Assembly (NCBI GenBank): GCA_964057225.1
Contig: OZ059895.1
Location: 12,958,001 to 13,022,000, forward strand
Source of the DNA: Auanema rhodensis
Lineage: Eukaryota; Animalia; Nematoda
Direction: 5' to 3'
Length of the DNA: 64,000 nucleotides
Within the stretch, counting starts at the first letter, position 1; the number at the start of each line of letters is the position of its first letter. Below, piece after piece: positions 12,701 to 22,636 of this stretch. Below the pieces are notes generated by a model. The model was not told where the DNA came from. It saw nothing but the letters and a program-made list of their open reading frames with translations, and ran no database searches. Made by a program: the position numbers and the translations under genes.

Positions 12701-14961
12701 AGATGTCCGTATTTTAACCAACTGTATGAAAGTTTACATGAAGTTGGCAACCGCCACCACTGGCTGGAACCCTGTCATACAATGTATGACATTTGCCAGT
12801 TTCTCTTTATTCCAGGCAAGTTTTTTAAAATACAAGCATTTTCAAAACTATTATATTACAGTTGAAAATGAACCACATTAAAGAGAACCAAGTGGGTATT
12901 CTGCCCGAGACTGGTTATTATGCCGGTCAAAAGCAGAGTATAATAGCCATAAAGTATATAAAATGGCTAGAACAAGGATTGGGCCGCCCATTAATGCATA
13001 AGCTTAATGGTGGTGAATTTGCAGTGAGAGTAGATGGCCATCGCTATCTACTCGATGCTTATGACCCCGTTGCCAATCATGGCTATGAGGTGAGTAATTT
13101 GTAATAAATGTAAAAAGTGCAAATTTTTGTAGATTAATGGTTGTATTTACCATGGTTGCCCCCAGTGCACCAACAAGAGCGCTATAGCACCAGGCAGAAA
13201 TGGTGAAACAATGGAAGAGGTAATTGTGACTTTTTTAATCATTTTAATTTTTAAAATTTAGGTTTATGATAAAACCATGAAAAGGCTTGAAGCAATTCAA
13301 AGCCAAGGCATTGGTGTTACCACAGTGTGGGAGCACGAAATTAATGCACAAATTTCGGCCAATGAAGAAATGGCGAAATTTATGCGTGAAACAAATGTTG
13401 TTACACGCTTGGCACCTAGAGATGCCTTTACCGGTGGCCGCACCCAGACATATAAGCTTTTGGCACAAGCTTCGGATAGATACTCGCTCGAGTATGTGGA
13501 CTTTTGTTCACTATATCCATATGTCACCGCTTTTGATGCCTATTACCCTGTAGGTAATCCCAAAGTTATTACTGAGGGTTTCAAAAGCTTTGAGACATGT
13601 TGCCCATACAAGGGGCTAGTAAAATGTGACGTGCTTGCACCCACAAATTTGCTGTACCCTGTATTAGGCACACGTATTGGCGGTAAACTTATTTTTACAA
13701 ACTGCCGCACTTGTGCAGTCAAAAGTAAAAATGTAACATGTGAGCACCAGAATGATGTAAATGCTAGAAAGCTGCATCTAACCGTGACACATGTTGAGCT
13801 CGAGTGTGCCATACAACGTGGCTATAAAGTGCTTAATGTGCATGAGGTGTGGCACTGGGAAGAATGGCAACAAGGAGGCCTGTTTAAAGAGTTTGTACAA
13901 AAGTACATAAAAATTAAACAAGAGGCGTCGGGCTGGCCAAAGCCAAACATGACAGAGGAAGAAAAGGTATGTTTTAACAAAAGTATCACATTAAATAGAA
14001 TTTTACAGGTGATTTATCTCCAAGAGCACGAGGAGAACACTGGTGTTGCTCTGGAGAGCAATAAAATTGAGAAGAATGCTGCCATGCGTAGCATTGCCAA
14101 ACTGCAGCTAAATAGGTTTGTAAACTTTTTAAAACAATACATTACAAATTTGCTTATAGTGTCTGGGGTAAAATGGGTCAAAGACCTGATAAAGCCCAAA
14201 CCAAGATTATTGGTGTTGAGGACCCAGAAATTGGTAGGATCATTACTGATCCTGCAAGGGAACTCACTGGGTTCAAAATTGTGGATAATGTTGCGTACTG
14301 CACAACAGTACCAGAGGATTCACATTTGGCGCCACCGCCTTTTACAAATGTAGCTATTGCGGCCTATACAACCGCTCATGCAAGGCTACTATTGTATAAG
14401 GCGATGGAGAAAATTGGAAAGAATTTGGTGTATACAGGTAATTTTATACTTTGTATTCAATTTAAACTTACATTATTTAGACACGGATTCTCTAATTTAT
14501 CAAAGGTGCCTAGATGAGCCAGATCCAATTGAGGATATGAAGGGTGAATGGTTAGGTAAACTAACCTCTGAAATACCCGATGGTTGGTCAATGACCAAGT
14601 TTGTATCACCAGCGGCAAAAGTTTATAGCTATAAACTTGTAAATGCAGCTGGTGATGTAAAATATGTAACAAAGGCAAAGGGAGTGGTAAGAACGAGCTT
14701 TGACTTTTCAAAAAATTTTATAATTTACAGACGTTGGACCACACGGCAGCATCAGTGGTAAACTTTGAAAGTATGGAGCGACTGGTTCGCGGACTCGTTA
14801 TGGATGGAGAGAAATTGGTTTTAAAAACCAATACGACATTGTTAAAGAGGCAACTCGGTGCCATATCCACAATGGATATGACAAAAAGTACTAGAGTTGT
14901 AATGGATAAACTTTGTTATCTACAAGATTATAGTACTTTACCCTACGGTTATTGTGTTTAA
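9780..14961 (+). CDS. Protein-primed family B DNA polymerase (pPolB), spliced, 14 exons
   Basis: Joining GT(GC)-AG exons by hand gives one continuous frame. Motifs seen: ExoI IIFYDFET, ExoII AHNGSRFD, ExoIII YCRTDV, VSR-like insert EINGCIYHGC, AFTGGRT, motif A DFCSLYP, motif B KLQLNSVWGK, motif C YTDTDS and C-terminal TLPYGY. Approximate introns: 9794-9839, 9897-9942, 10066-10111, 10193-10746, 11770-11813, 11988-12032, 12816-12861, 13090-13132, 13220-13261, 13967-14008, 14115-14159, 14438-14480, 14687-14730. An alternative in-frame ATG lies at 9732. Confidence 0.92.
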
Positions 14962-15096
14962 TATATTTGAATTTATAAATTTTTATCTTGTATATATTTG
15001 TATTTATAAAATTTTATCATTGTACATGTATATTTTTAAAAATAGTTGTATTAATAAATTTTATTCTTAAATCTTTTAAAGAATTTATTACATACA

Positions 15097-16431
15097 TTAC
15101 AAACTGGTATCAATATATGGAGCACGATTGTTGTCAATTGAAAGAATAGAGTCATACTCTGCATAAACAATTGCATATAAGCCCTCTTGCGGCGTTTGTT
15201 GACCAAATTCCAATTTCAAGGCTACATTACCTTGTCGTATAACATCAAATAACTCTGACGAATGCACAGTAGGAGAAATATCAAATACAAAAAATGTGAA
15301 ACCAGCTTTATACATTGCTGGTGTAATACCATTGGATGTATCTGTACGACCAAGTCCCAAACCTTCGAGCATGTCAATATATGCTGTGGCATAGGAAGAT
15401 CGCCATTCTAAATTATAAGGACGGGTAGGTATTACCCTATTGTTGAGCGTCAAGTATATATTTTTCAAATCAAACGGTTTAAAGTTGAATGGCGAATGTT
15501 TAAAAGTACCATTATAAGCGTGTGCGCCAACAAGACCTACTACGACACGTTTTGGTGTATGAGACGTGAATAATATATTATTAGGTGAATCCAAGCGGCC
15601 TCCTTCTATGAAATAAGAGGGCATTTTCACTGATGTCATGGGGTAGTGTATTCGATCCTTTGCGAGTTTATCTTCTATAGCCATAGCTAATCCAGCGTTT
15701 AGATCAAACTCTTGAATGAGCAAATGTACATCGCTGATATCTACTTTCAAATTTGGAAACTCCTCCTTTAATGTAGTATCCTTGTTTTCATTATTCCAGC
15801 CTAGAGTGTCAATTAAAAAGTTATCACGGTTTGGATATGCAGTTAGCTCCATTTTTGAATAGTTTACAAACAGTCGCTCTTGATTAAATAGGTCGATACT
15901 GACGGGAGCAGCCATCTCACACAATATGCCATTTTTTACAAGCGCTTGACGCGTTCTAAATCCAGCACTGGATGCATTATCTATATATCTATCAGCATAA
16001 TATCCTGATATGGCAAGTTTGCTCTCTTTAACATCGTTGCTATACATTAAAATATTCTCGATATATGTTTTATAGGCATGATTCACGGTAGAGTCATACA
16101 CGCTAACATCGCCAATTTTCAAATGATACGAATGTATTAAACTGGCAGCAAATTGTTGACATGGTGCAAAAATAAGGTTGTCTGGTACTGGATCACCGTT
16201 TGTGGTTACAATTTTAAATTTTACATTCAACCAACATCTTCTCAGATTGAGGAATGATTTGGAATTTTGAGCTATAACAAATTCCCATGGTCCTTGAGGA
16301 AGAAAAGTATTTTTCAAAGGGACTTGTACAGTACGAGTAGACTCTACACCTAATGCCGACGCAGGTATATCACCATAGTTGATATTAGGTAAAAGGGCTT
16401 GTGCTGATTTTGAATCTATCAATTTAGCCAT
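15097..16431 (-). CDS. Maverick major capsid protein (double jelly-roll, PY)
   Basis: 444-aa intronless ORF with typical Polinton MCP motifs (PKRVVVGLV, AYNG...PFNFKPF, GFTFFVFDISP, YAEYDSIL.ID..R). Confidence 0.88.
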   Translation of the reverse strand: MAKLIDSKSAQALLPNINYGDIPASALGVESTRTVQVPLKNTFLPQGPWEFVIAQNSKSFLNLRRCWLNVKFKIVTTNGDPVPDNLIFAPCQQFAASLIHSYHLKIGDVSVYDSTVNHAYKTYIENILMYSNDVKESKLAISGYYADRYIDNASSAGFRTRQALVKNGILCEMAAPVSIDLFNQERLFVNYSKMELTAYPNRDNFLIDTLGWNNENKDTTLKEEFPNLKVDISDVHLLIQEFDLNAGLAMAIEDKLAKDRIHYPMTSVKMPSYFIEGGRLDSPNNILFTSHTPKRVVVGLVGAHAYNGTFKHSPFNFKPFDLKNIYLTLNNRVIPTRPYNLEWRSSYATAYIDMLEGLGLGRTDTSNGITPAMYKAGFTFFVFDISPTVHSSELFDVIRQGNVALKLEFGQQTPQEGLYAIVYAEYDSILSIDNNRAPYIDTSL

Positions 16432-16884
16432 TTAAATGTGAAACGACCGCTCACGAGTGATGCACAACCGCTTATGAGGTTTTGTGGTTTTGCGTCGTCG
16501 CCGTTTGCCCAAGCCGGTAAGATCTCGTATAGCTTGCCGGCCGGCTGTTTTAAGAGTTTCCTTGATATTATCGCCTTTCAGCACCCCATCGACAATTTCA
16601 TTACCAGTTTTCAGCAACTGTCCGCCAAGAGGTGAATTTACAACTGGACTATTGCTTACAGCACTGGATAAGGCGTTTCTTCCGGCATTGATGAGATTTT
16701 GGGCTATAGGTGATTGAATGATGCGTGGTAGAAATGATGCCAAAGTTGCCAAAATACCACCCAAACCATGACCCCTCTGCATTCCACGTTGAAACATCAT
16801 TCCGCTAAATGGGGCGCCACCCATTTGTTGATTTAAAAGTGTTGTCCATTGAATAGAGTTGACATCCAAAAGGAGGTGCGGCAT
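16432..16884 (-). CDS. Small Gly-rich/basic virion core protein (Polinton PW/Wasp-type; adenovirus pVI/pX-like organisation)
   Basis: Contains QMGG, QRGHGLGG, an amphipathic helix and a basic tail LTGLG-KRRRR. It abuts the MCP start; first ATG at 16884. Confidence 0.7.
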   Translation of the reverse strand: MPHLLLDVNSIQWTTLLNQQMGGAPFSGMMFQRGMQRGHGLGGILATLASFLPRIIQSPIAQNLINAGRNALSSAVSNSPVVNSPLGGQLLKTGNEIVDGVLKGDNIKETLKTAGRQAIRDLTGLGKRRRRKTTKPHKRLCITRERSFHI

Positions 16885-16935
16885 ATCGAACCGCACGCGC
16901 GCAATACAAAAGTTACACTAGATCATTCTACTAAA

Positions 16936-17391
16936 ATGTATTCGTCTGAAATAGTATCACTATTGCAATCTGTCCCCAGCACTCGGAAACTATTCCTCGG
17001 TGTATATAGCGCTGATACTCTACCCAAAACGCGTCGTAAAAACTTTGCACTTGTCGTAAATACTGACACACATGATAAGCCAGGCACACATTGGCAGGTC
17101 ATCTTTGTCCGTAACAAGCAAGCCTATTTTTTCTGTAGCTTGGGATATAAAATGAACAAGTACATTCAAAATTATCTGGCCAAATATAAAAAGGTAAAAA
17201 TTAATACTTGCAAACCACAACGTTTAATTGAATACACTTGTGGTGGCTATGTGGTATTTGTAATACTAATGTTGTCGGCTGGTAATTCATTTGAAAGCAT
17301 TTGTTCATTTTTTAAACTATTGAAAAATGATGATGTCTTTATTAAAGCGTTTATGCATAAAGTATTCGACTATAAATTGGCTACTATATAA
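16936..17391 (+). CDS. Adenain-like (C5) cysteine protease
   Basis: VVNTD...PGTHW (catalytic His) and PQ.....TCGGY (oxyanion Gln, catalytic Cys); first ATG at 16936. Confidence 0.88.
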   Translation: MYSSEIVSLLQSVPSTRKLFLGVYSADTLPKTRRKNFALVVNTDTHDKPGTHWQVIFVRNKQAYFFCSLGYKMNKYIQNYLAKYKKVKINTCKPQRLIEYTCGGYVVFVILMLSAGNSFESICSFFKLLKNDDVFIKAFMHKVFDYKLATI

Positions 17392-17432
17392 GAAATTTGT
17401 CATTAATAACCTGCTACATTACGTGGTCAGTT

Positions 17433-17603
17433 ATGAATATTCCTTGTCACTGTGAATTATGTGTCAAATACACGTTGGAGCAATCTAAACCAGCGCCTTT
17501 ATACAGGAGAATGTTGAAATGTATTTCAGTGCCATTTATTAAAGGTATAGCATTGGGATTGGGCTTTTGTACAACACTAGTCATATTATTGCTCATTATA
17601 TAA
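17433..17603 (+). CDS. Small predicted tail-anchored membrane protein (56 aa)
   Basis: ATG 17433, a CxCxxC motif and a C-terminal hydrophobic helix GIALGLGFCTTLVILLLII. It fills the gap between the protease and zinc-finger genes. Confidence 0.45.
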   Translation: MNIPCHCELCVKYTLEQSKPAPLYRRMLKCISVPFIKGIALGLGFCTTLVILLLII

Positions 17604-17644
17604 AAGTGGGTTGATTGCGTGTGGTCGTTTTTCATTTTCCTCTA

Positions 17645-18109
17645 ATGGAACTTTTATGTAACAAATATTGTGGTACATGCAAGGAAATATTTTCTTCAAC
17701 CAAGCATTTTAGTGATCACGTTTTGAAAAGACATGCAGGGATTCAACCCATATGTAACAATTATATCAGCAATGCTGACTTTATTCAAAAATATGGACAT
17801 TTGGATGGTGTTCGTAGACGTTTGTGCCCTCATTGTAGTGAAACTTTTGGAACAAGATTCAATTGTGAGCGTCATATTCGGCGTATTCATAATAATAATG
17901 GAACGAATGGTGAAGATGGTGATGGAAATGATACCAGCAAACCCTTTGAAAAAGCTGAGGAGTTTGTACATTCAACCCAATCAAAAAGATGCCGCAGCAA
18001 TAGTGACGGAGAACATTCACAACACGAGCCGAGCGACAAACAAAACTGCCCTAAACTATCTTTTAAACCTTCGAAAATAAAAATGTGGTATTGTATAACT
18101 GTTGAATAA
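17645..18109 (+). CDS. C2H2 zinc-finger protein
   Basis: Two fingers, CGTCKEIFSSTKHFSDHVLKRH and CPHCSETFGTRFNCERHIRRIH; ATG 17645. Confidence 0.75.
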   Translation: MELLCNKYCGTCKEIFSSTKHFSDHVLKRHAGIQPICNNYISNADFIQKYGHLDGVRRRLCPHCSETFGTRFNCERHIRRIHNNNGTNGEDGDGNDTSKPFEKAEEFVHSTQSKRCRSNSDGEHSQHEPSDKQNCPKLSFKPSKIKMWYCITVE

Positions 18110-18114
18110 AGCGT

Positions 18115-18972
18115 TTATTTCATATTTTTAACATGCAATGTAACAACTGTAGAACCATAATTAAATTGCATAGGACGACCAAATTCATCTAAAATTTCAA
18201 TACGTATGGTATCGAGTGTTTGTCTAGTGATTGGTACATAACGAATAGGATTAAATGTTTTGGCAATCATTTTACCAAATTCAGTAGGAGGTGGTACAGG
18301 TAAACATGCAAGTAAATTAGCTTTCACATTACCAAGAATGGAATATTCTACAATATCACAATATATATACATTGTATTAATGTTATTTGAAAAATCAATG
18401 GGACGCCTGGCTATTATTGTATCGTTGATGTTTTTATTTTCAAAACCAAGAAAATATGCAAAATCATCACCAAGCGTTGCATTCAACAATAGTCGCTTGC
18501 TTGTTACAAACTCTATGCGCTGCAATGTTTTGTTAAACTGAAATGTGGCATCTGCGAGCATTTCTTCCACTAGCTTAGCCTCAGCCTGGCGATTATTATA
18601 CCATTTTTTTACATCTTCATCTTTATCTATTAAACTTTTTATACGTGCTTCTTCCTCAGCTCCAAGAGGCTTTGTATTGTTGGCGATAAATGATTCTCTT
18701 CCAGCATTGATTCCGCGTATTATTTCATCACCATTTGCATAGTTGCCTTTAGGCAAGTGTAGAATAAATTTTCTATTGGAAAAACGTAGTGTATAAGATA
18801 AATCTTTTTGAACATTTAATATAGAACAAGGAAAAATGATGTCTGTCAGCCCAATGCAATATCTATTATTGCGTAGCCTTAGTGTTTCAGGTAATCTGGT
18901 AAGAAATACTGATGATGTATTACTTTTTTCAGAGTCAACTGATGATGGAAGAGTAATGTAAAAATCATCCAT
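18115..18972 (-). CDS. Maverick minor capsid protein (penton, PX)
   Basis: N-terminal FYITLPS...F.T.LP....L....Y.IGL.DI.FP and C-terminal MYIYCDIVE....G...ANLL...P.RYVP.....DTIRIEI.DEFG.P..F, typical of Polinton mCP. Confidence 0.88.
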   Translation of the reverse strand: MDDFYITLPSSVDSEKSNTSSVFLTRLPETLRLRNNRYCIGLTDIIFPCSILNVQKDLSYTLRFSNRKFILHLPKGNYANGDEIIRGINAGRESFIANNTKPLGAEEEARIKSLIDKDEDVKKWYNNRQAEAKLVEEMLADATFQFNKTLQRIEFVTSKRLLLNATLGDDFAYFLGFENKNINDTIIARRPIDFSNNINTMYIYCDIVEYSILGNVKANLLACLPVPPPTEFGKMIAKTFNPIRYVPITRQTLDTIRIEILDEFGRPMQFNYGSTVVTLHVKNMK

Positions 18973-19051
18973 GACAAACCACCACTTGATACGTGTACAC
19001 TATTGCAAATGAAATCATTTGCATTTTAGGTACATTTACGAGTGGTTGATT

Positions 19052-19699
19052 ATGGTTTTCAGCTTCAAACTACCCAGTCAGACAACTGTAATAGGTGCTA
19101 CCCAATGCGGTAAAACAACCCTCATAAAGCACATATGTGAAAATACTGAAAAGTTTTTCAACGTCCCCATTGATAGAATATTCTGGTTCAGTCAATGTGG
19201 GTCATCGTCAGGTGTACCAATAAATGATGAGCGTTTAATAATTATTCAAGGGCCTCCTGATCCTGATTTGATAAAAGAACAAAAGGGAGTAAATACTATA
19301 CTAGTGCTGGATGATTTGATGAACTTTTTTTCATCGAATAAAGCAGCAAAGGAATTACTCAACAACATTTTTACAGTATGGGCTCATCACTGGAATTTGG
19401 CAGTGTTTAATCTTGTGCAAGCGGCATTTCAACTGGACAGGACCAGTCGAATCAATAGTACATATATAATACTGATGAAAAGTCATTCAGATATATTACA
19501 AATACGTAATTGTCTGCAGCAATTATTTGGGCCACGTTTCAAAAATGCTCTAGAGGCGTATGATGATGCAATGTCTACTCCCTATAGTCATTTACTGATT
19601 GACAATCATCCTTTAACAAGTGAGAAGCAGCGTATACTATCTGATATAACAGCGGAGAACCCTATTGTTTATGTTGCCAGAAATGTGTTTAGTGTTTAA
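19052..19699 (+). CDS. Genome-packaging ATPase (A32/FtsK-like)
   Basis: Walker A GATQCGKTT, Walker B LVLDDLM, HH...LVQ and SRINSTY; ATG 19052. Confidence 0.9.
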   Translation: MVFSFKLPSQTTVIGATQCGKTTLIKHICENTEKFFNVPIDRIFWFSQCGSSSGVPINDERLIIIQGPPDPDLIKEQKGVNTILVLDDLMNFFSSNKAAKELLNNIFTVWAHHWNLAVFNLVQAAFQLDRTSRINSTYIILMKSHSDILQIRNCLQQLFGPRFKNALEAYDDAMSTPYSHLLIDNHPLTSEKQRILSDITAENPIVYVARNVFSV

Positions 19700-19711
19700 A
19701 GTGCTTGTTCA

Positions 19712-20020
19712 ATGAGTGGTCGTATTTTGTCAAATTTCAACTTTTTGTCTTCTTGCGCCAAAACTCCTTGTTCTGTTTCCTCATTTTCTTTTGCACAAAT
19801 TGAAATTATTGTTGAAATTGTATTTAATATTGTGAAAAATAATAATTTTCTTTTAACTAACAAGGAATATAAAACCCTCTTGCCCATATCTTCATTATTA
19901 CGTCAAATAGCTTTGATACGCACACCGGAAAAGGCTAAATCATTATTGGCAACGCTTTCACACAAACAATTGAAAACAATAGTTACATGTGGTATTGCCT
20001 ATTTTGGTTTTAAATCATGA
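19712..20020 (+). CDS. Small Maverick hypothetical protein (102 aa)
   Basis: ATG-initiated ORF tightly packed between the ATPase and the next ORF (ATGA overlap at 20017). Confidence 0.55.
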   Translation: MSGRILSNFNFLSSCAKTPCSVSSFSFAQIEIIVEIVFNIVKNNNFLLTNKEYKTLLPISSLLRQIALIRTPEKAKSLLATLSHKQLKTIVTCGIAYFGFKS

Positions 20021-20733
20021 AGCTCAACCATAAATATCGACTAATTCCTGTCGACGAGGAAACAATTAATATAGACAAGTTTGATGCAGAGCTCAAGCTT
20101 TTACGAGAAAATAGAGCTATACCCGACTATAAAAAGGCTGAACTATACGAAGACTTGATTGCTCGTCTCAAAAACTATAGAGAAAGTATAGATGCGCCCA
20201 TATCAGTACAAGTGGAAAATGTTGATACACCTCTATTGCCAGAATACAAGTTGCCAAGAAAGTATAACAATTTGTGGGAGAAATTTCCAGAGGTGCGCAC
20301 AAACAAGAATAACCAACTTGTGATTAATAATGAGGCTGTACCAAACACGAATATTACAAAAATTTTAGATTTTGTATTGGATAAAACAAAAACGGAGCCC
20401 AATGGATTTTCAGTCTTGTCAAAGTTTTTAGCCAGTAAAGGCGTACCAAGTTCTAACAAGAAACAAACTAGAAGAGAGTCGGCTGACAATGATTCAGTTG
20501 ACGTTGTAACTAGAGCTGAACCGGCTGTTACAGACTTGGACTCTACTATATTACCTAGAACGCCTCGTCATCGTAAAGCTGTTATTCGATATTCACCATC
20601 ACCGGTTCGTACACTCAAAAGTAAAAGGTCAAAGACTTTTGATACTGCCGCCGAATCATATTACACACCACAAGAAGGAGACTCACAGAATGGCCAAGGT
20701 CGTAAAAGGTTCTACATTAGATTATGGAAATGA
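20017..20733 (+). CDS. Maverick hypothetical protein (238 aa), basic C-terminus ending QNGQG-RKRFYIRLWK
   Basis: ATG-initiated ORF in the operon-like block upstream of the integrase, with a QxGxG motif near the C-terminus. Confidence 0.65.
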   Translation: MKLNHKYRLIPVDEETINIDKFDAELKLLRENRAIPDYKKAELYEDLIARLKNYRESIDAPISVQVENVDTPLLPEYKLPRKYNNLWEKFPEVRTNKNNQLVINNEAVPNTNITKILDFVLDKTKTEPNGFSVLSKFLASKGVPSSNKKQTRRESADNDSVDVVTRAEPAVTDLDSTILPRTPRHRKAVIRYSPSPVRTLKSKRSKTFDTAAESYYTPQEGDSQNGQGRKRFYIRLWK

Positions 20734-21757
20734 TATTTTGGCGAGCATTTATTACGATATAAAACACCCAGCTTCATATACATCAGCCAAGAATTTATTA
20801 TCGCAAGCACGAAAACATGGCATTTCAAAGGTACAAGTTGATGATTTTTTGCAAGATTCTGAAACTTTTACACGACATAAACCAACCAGAATGCGTATGC
20901 AGACTAGAAAGACTAGAGGATGTGGTCGATTTCTAACAGTGCAAGCAGATTTGGTTGATATGCAAAAATATAAAAAATTAAACGACGGCTATGCTTACAT
21001 GTTGACCATGATTGATGTTTATACACGCATGTTATATGTTAGGCCTTTGAAAACTAAAGGTGGTATAGAGGTTGCTAGTGCATTTGAAAGTTTATTCAAG
21101 AATTTTATACCAATTCAGTTGATTACTGATAATGGCACAGAGTTTTATAATAGTCATTGTGAAAAACTATTCAAAAAGTTTGCCATACTGCACGGATCTA
21201 CAAGTTCACCACAAAAGGCTGCAATGGTGGAGCGAGCAAATAGAACTTTAAAAACACGCATGATGAAATATCTCTATTACAAGAATAATCATCGTTGGAT
21301 TGATATCCTAGATGATTTGGTTGAAGGAATAAACAAATCTTATAACCGCTCTATAAAAATGCGGCCCATTGATGTTAAAGCAAATATATTCATTGAAGAA
21401 TATGCACCAGCTGTTAAAAGCCGCTTTAAAATTGGTGATACTGTTCGCATAAGCAAAAATAGGCGTACTTTTGAAAAAAGCTACGAGTCTGGATATACAA
21501 TGGAGCTGTTCACAATTGATGAGGTTGTAACCGGAAACCCAACCGTGTATAAACTTGTAGATTATAATGGTGAACGTATAAAGGGAATATTCTACGAACC
21601 TGAACTTGTCTTGGCTACTAATAAAAGCAACAAGTACTATATAGAAAAAGTTTTAAAAGAGCGTACTCGAAGCGGTAAACGTCAAGTATTTGTAAAATGG
21701 AGTGGATATCCCGACAACTTTAATGAATGGATAGATGCAGAAAATTTAAATGTATAA
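20690..21757 (+). CDS. Retroviral-like c-integrase with C-terminal chromodomain
   Basis: DDE residues in VQADL, ITDNGTEF and VERANRTLK. Chromodomain YYIEKVL...VFVKWSGYPDNFNEWI. First ATG at 20690. Confidence 0.93.
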   Translation: MAKVVKGSTLDYGNDILASIYYDIKHPASYTSAKNLLSQARKHGISKVQVDDFLQDSETFTRHKPTRMRMQTRKTRGCGRFLTVQADLVDMQKYKKLNDGYAYMLTMIDVYTRMLYVRPLKTKGGIEVASAFESLFKNFIPIQLITDNGTEFYNSHCEKLFKKFAILHGSTSSPQKAAMVERANRTLKTRMMKYLYYKNNHRWIDILDDLVEGINKSYNRSIKMRPIDVKANIFIEEYAPAVKSRFKIGDTVRISKNRRTFEKSYESGYTMELFTIDEVVTGNPTVYKLVDYNGERIKGIFYEPELVLATNKSNKYYIEKVLKERTRSGKRQVFVKWSGYPDNFNEWIDAENLNV

Positions 21758-22050
21758 TTTTTCAATGTTATAAACAATTGTAATTATAATAAATGATTTA
21801 TTTGATATATCGCATAATGTAACAATAAAAAACCAGCAAAATACAAACAACAATTCAACCTGGAAAAAAAAAATGTAGACTATTCAAATTTTCAAATTCT
21901 TACCAGTTGGTTGATCATTCGTCCTCAATTGATGAGCCATTGATGGATATTCGCAAGAGCTGGAAAAAAAATGTTACGGCTGAGAATATAAAAATGCCAC
22001 ATAACAAAACAAGAATAAAACGCCAATTGTACTATTTGTGCTTGTTGTAG

Positions 22051-22636
22051 TCAAAATGAAGGATCAAAGCGGATAAACATGTTCAGGTTGAGTGCTTCAG
22101 GACTTAGTTTAAAGTAGAATACATTCTGCTTATAACCAAAAGTCTTTACAGTAGCCTCATCTGCATATATAACAATATAGCCCATATTGTTCAACAATTG
22201 CTTGCACGTCATGGTGTTATAAGAGCGCATCTAAAAAAATTATAAAATTGAAAATAAATAAATATGCAAGCTTACATTAATAGAAAAGTTTTCGGGCTTA
22301 TAGTGACGAAACTCCTTCAAAAGACCCAACGCATCATTCCTTCCTCTACACTTTATACAGAGGCTGAAACAGTGATACTCGTCTATAACCTGCAATGATT
22401 CCCTACAAGTTTTGCAGAGACAAATTGGTCTCATTAATACACTCCTTGGTGGAGTGCTCTCTCTCAGAATCTCCATCTGCTTTATTGGTGAATCTAAATT
22501 AAAGATTTAAAAAAGACAAGTTAAGGTTCATACCAAAACTTGTGAAATTTGGTGCTGGTGTGGGTGGTCGTGGTACTTCAGGTTCAGGCGATTTGCGCAC
22601 AACATTTGTCACATCAGCAAGTACAGCACGCTTCAT
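22051..22636 (-). CDS. Spliced Maverick accessory gene (166 aa) with an N-terminal D-box-like motif and a Cys cluster
   Basis: Exons 22636-22534, 22493-22276 and 22230-22051 join in frame through GT-AG introns of 40 and 45 bp. An upstream TATAAAA lies at ~22789-22795 on -. Confidence 0.72.

Noticed and set aside
10789-14961. Fragmented pPolB ORFs read as a pseudogene or frameshifted gene
   Set aside because: Every break coincides with a ~45-bp intron with splice consensus, and splicing restores all catalytic motifs.
21840-21975. Extra splice-like signals downstream of the D-box gene on -
   Set aside because: They could be 3' UTR introns or an alternative ending, but I could not establish a convincing frame.
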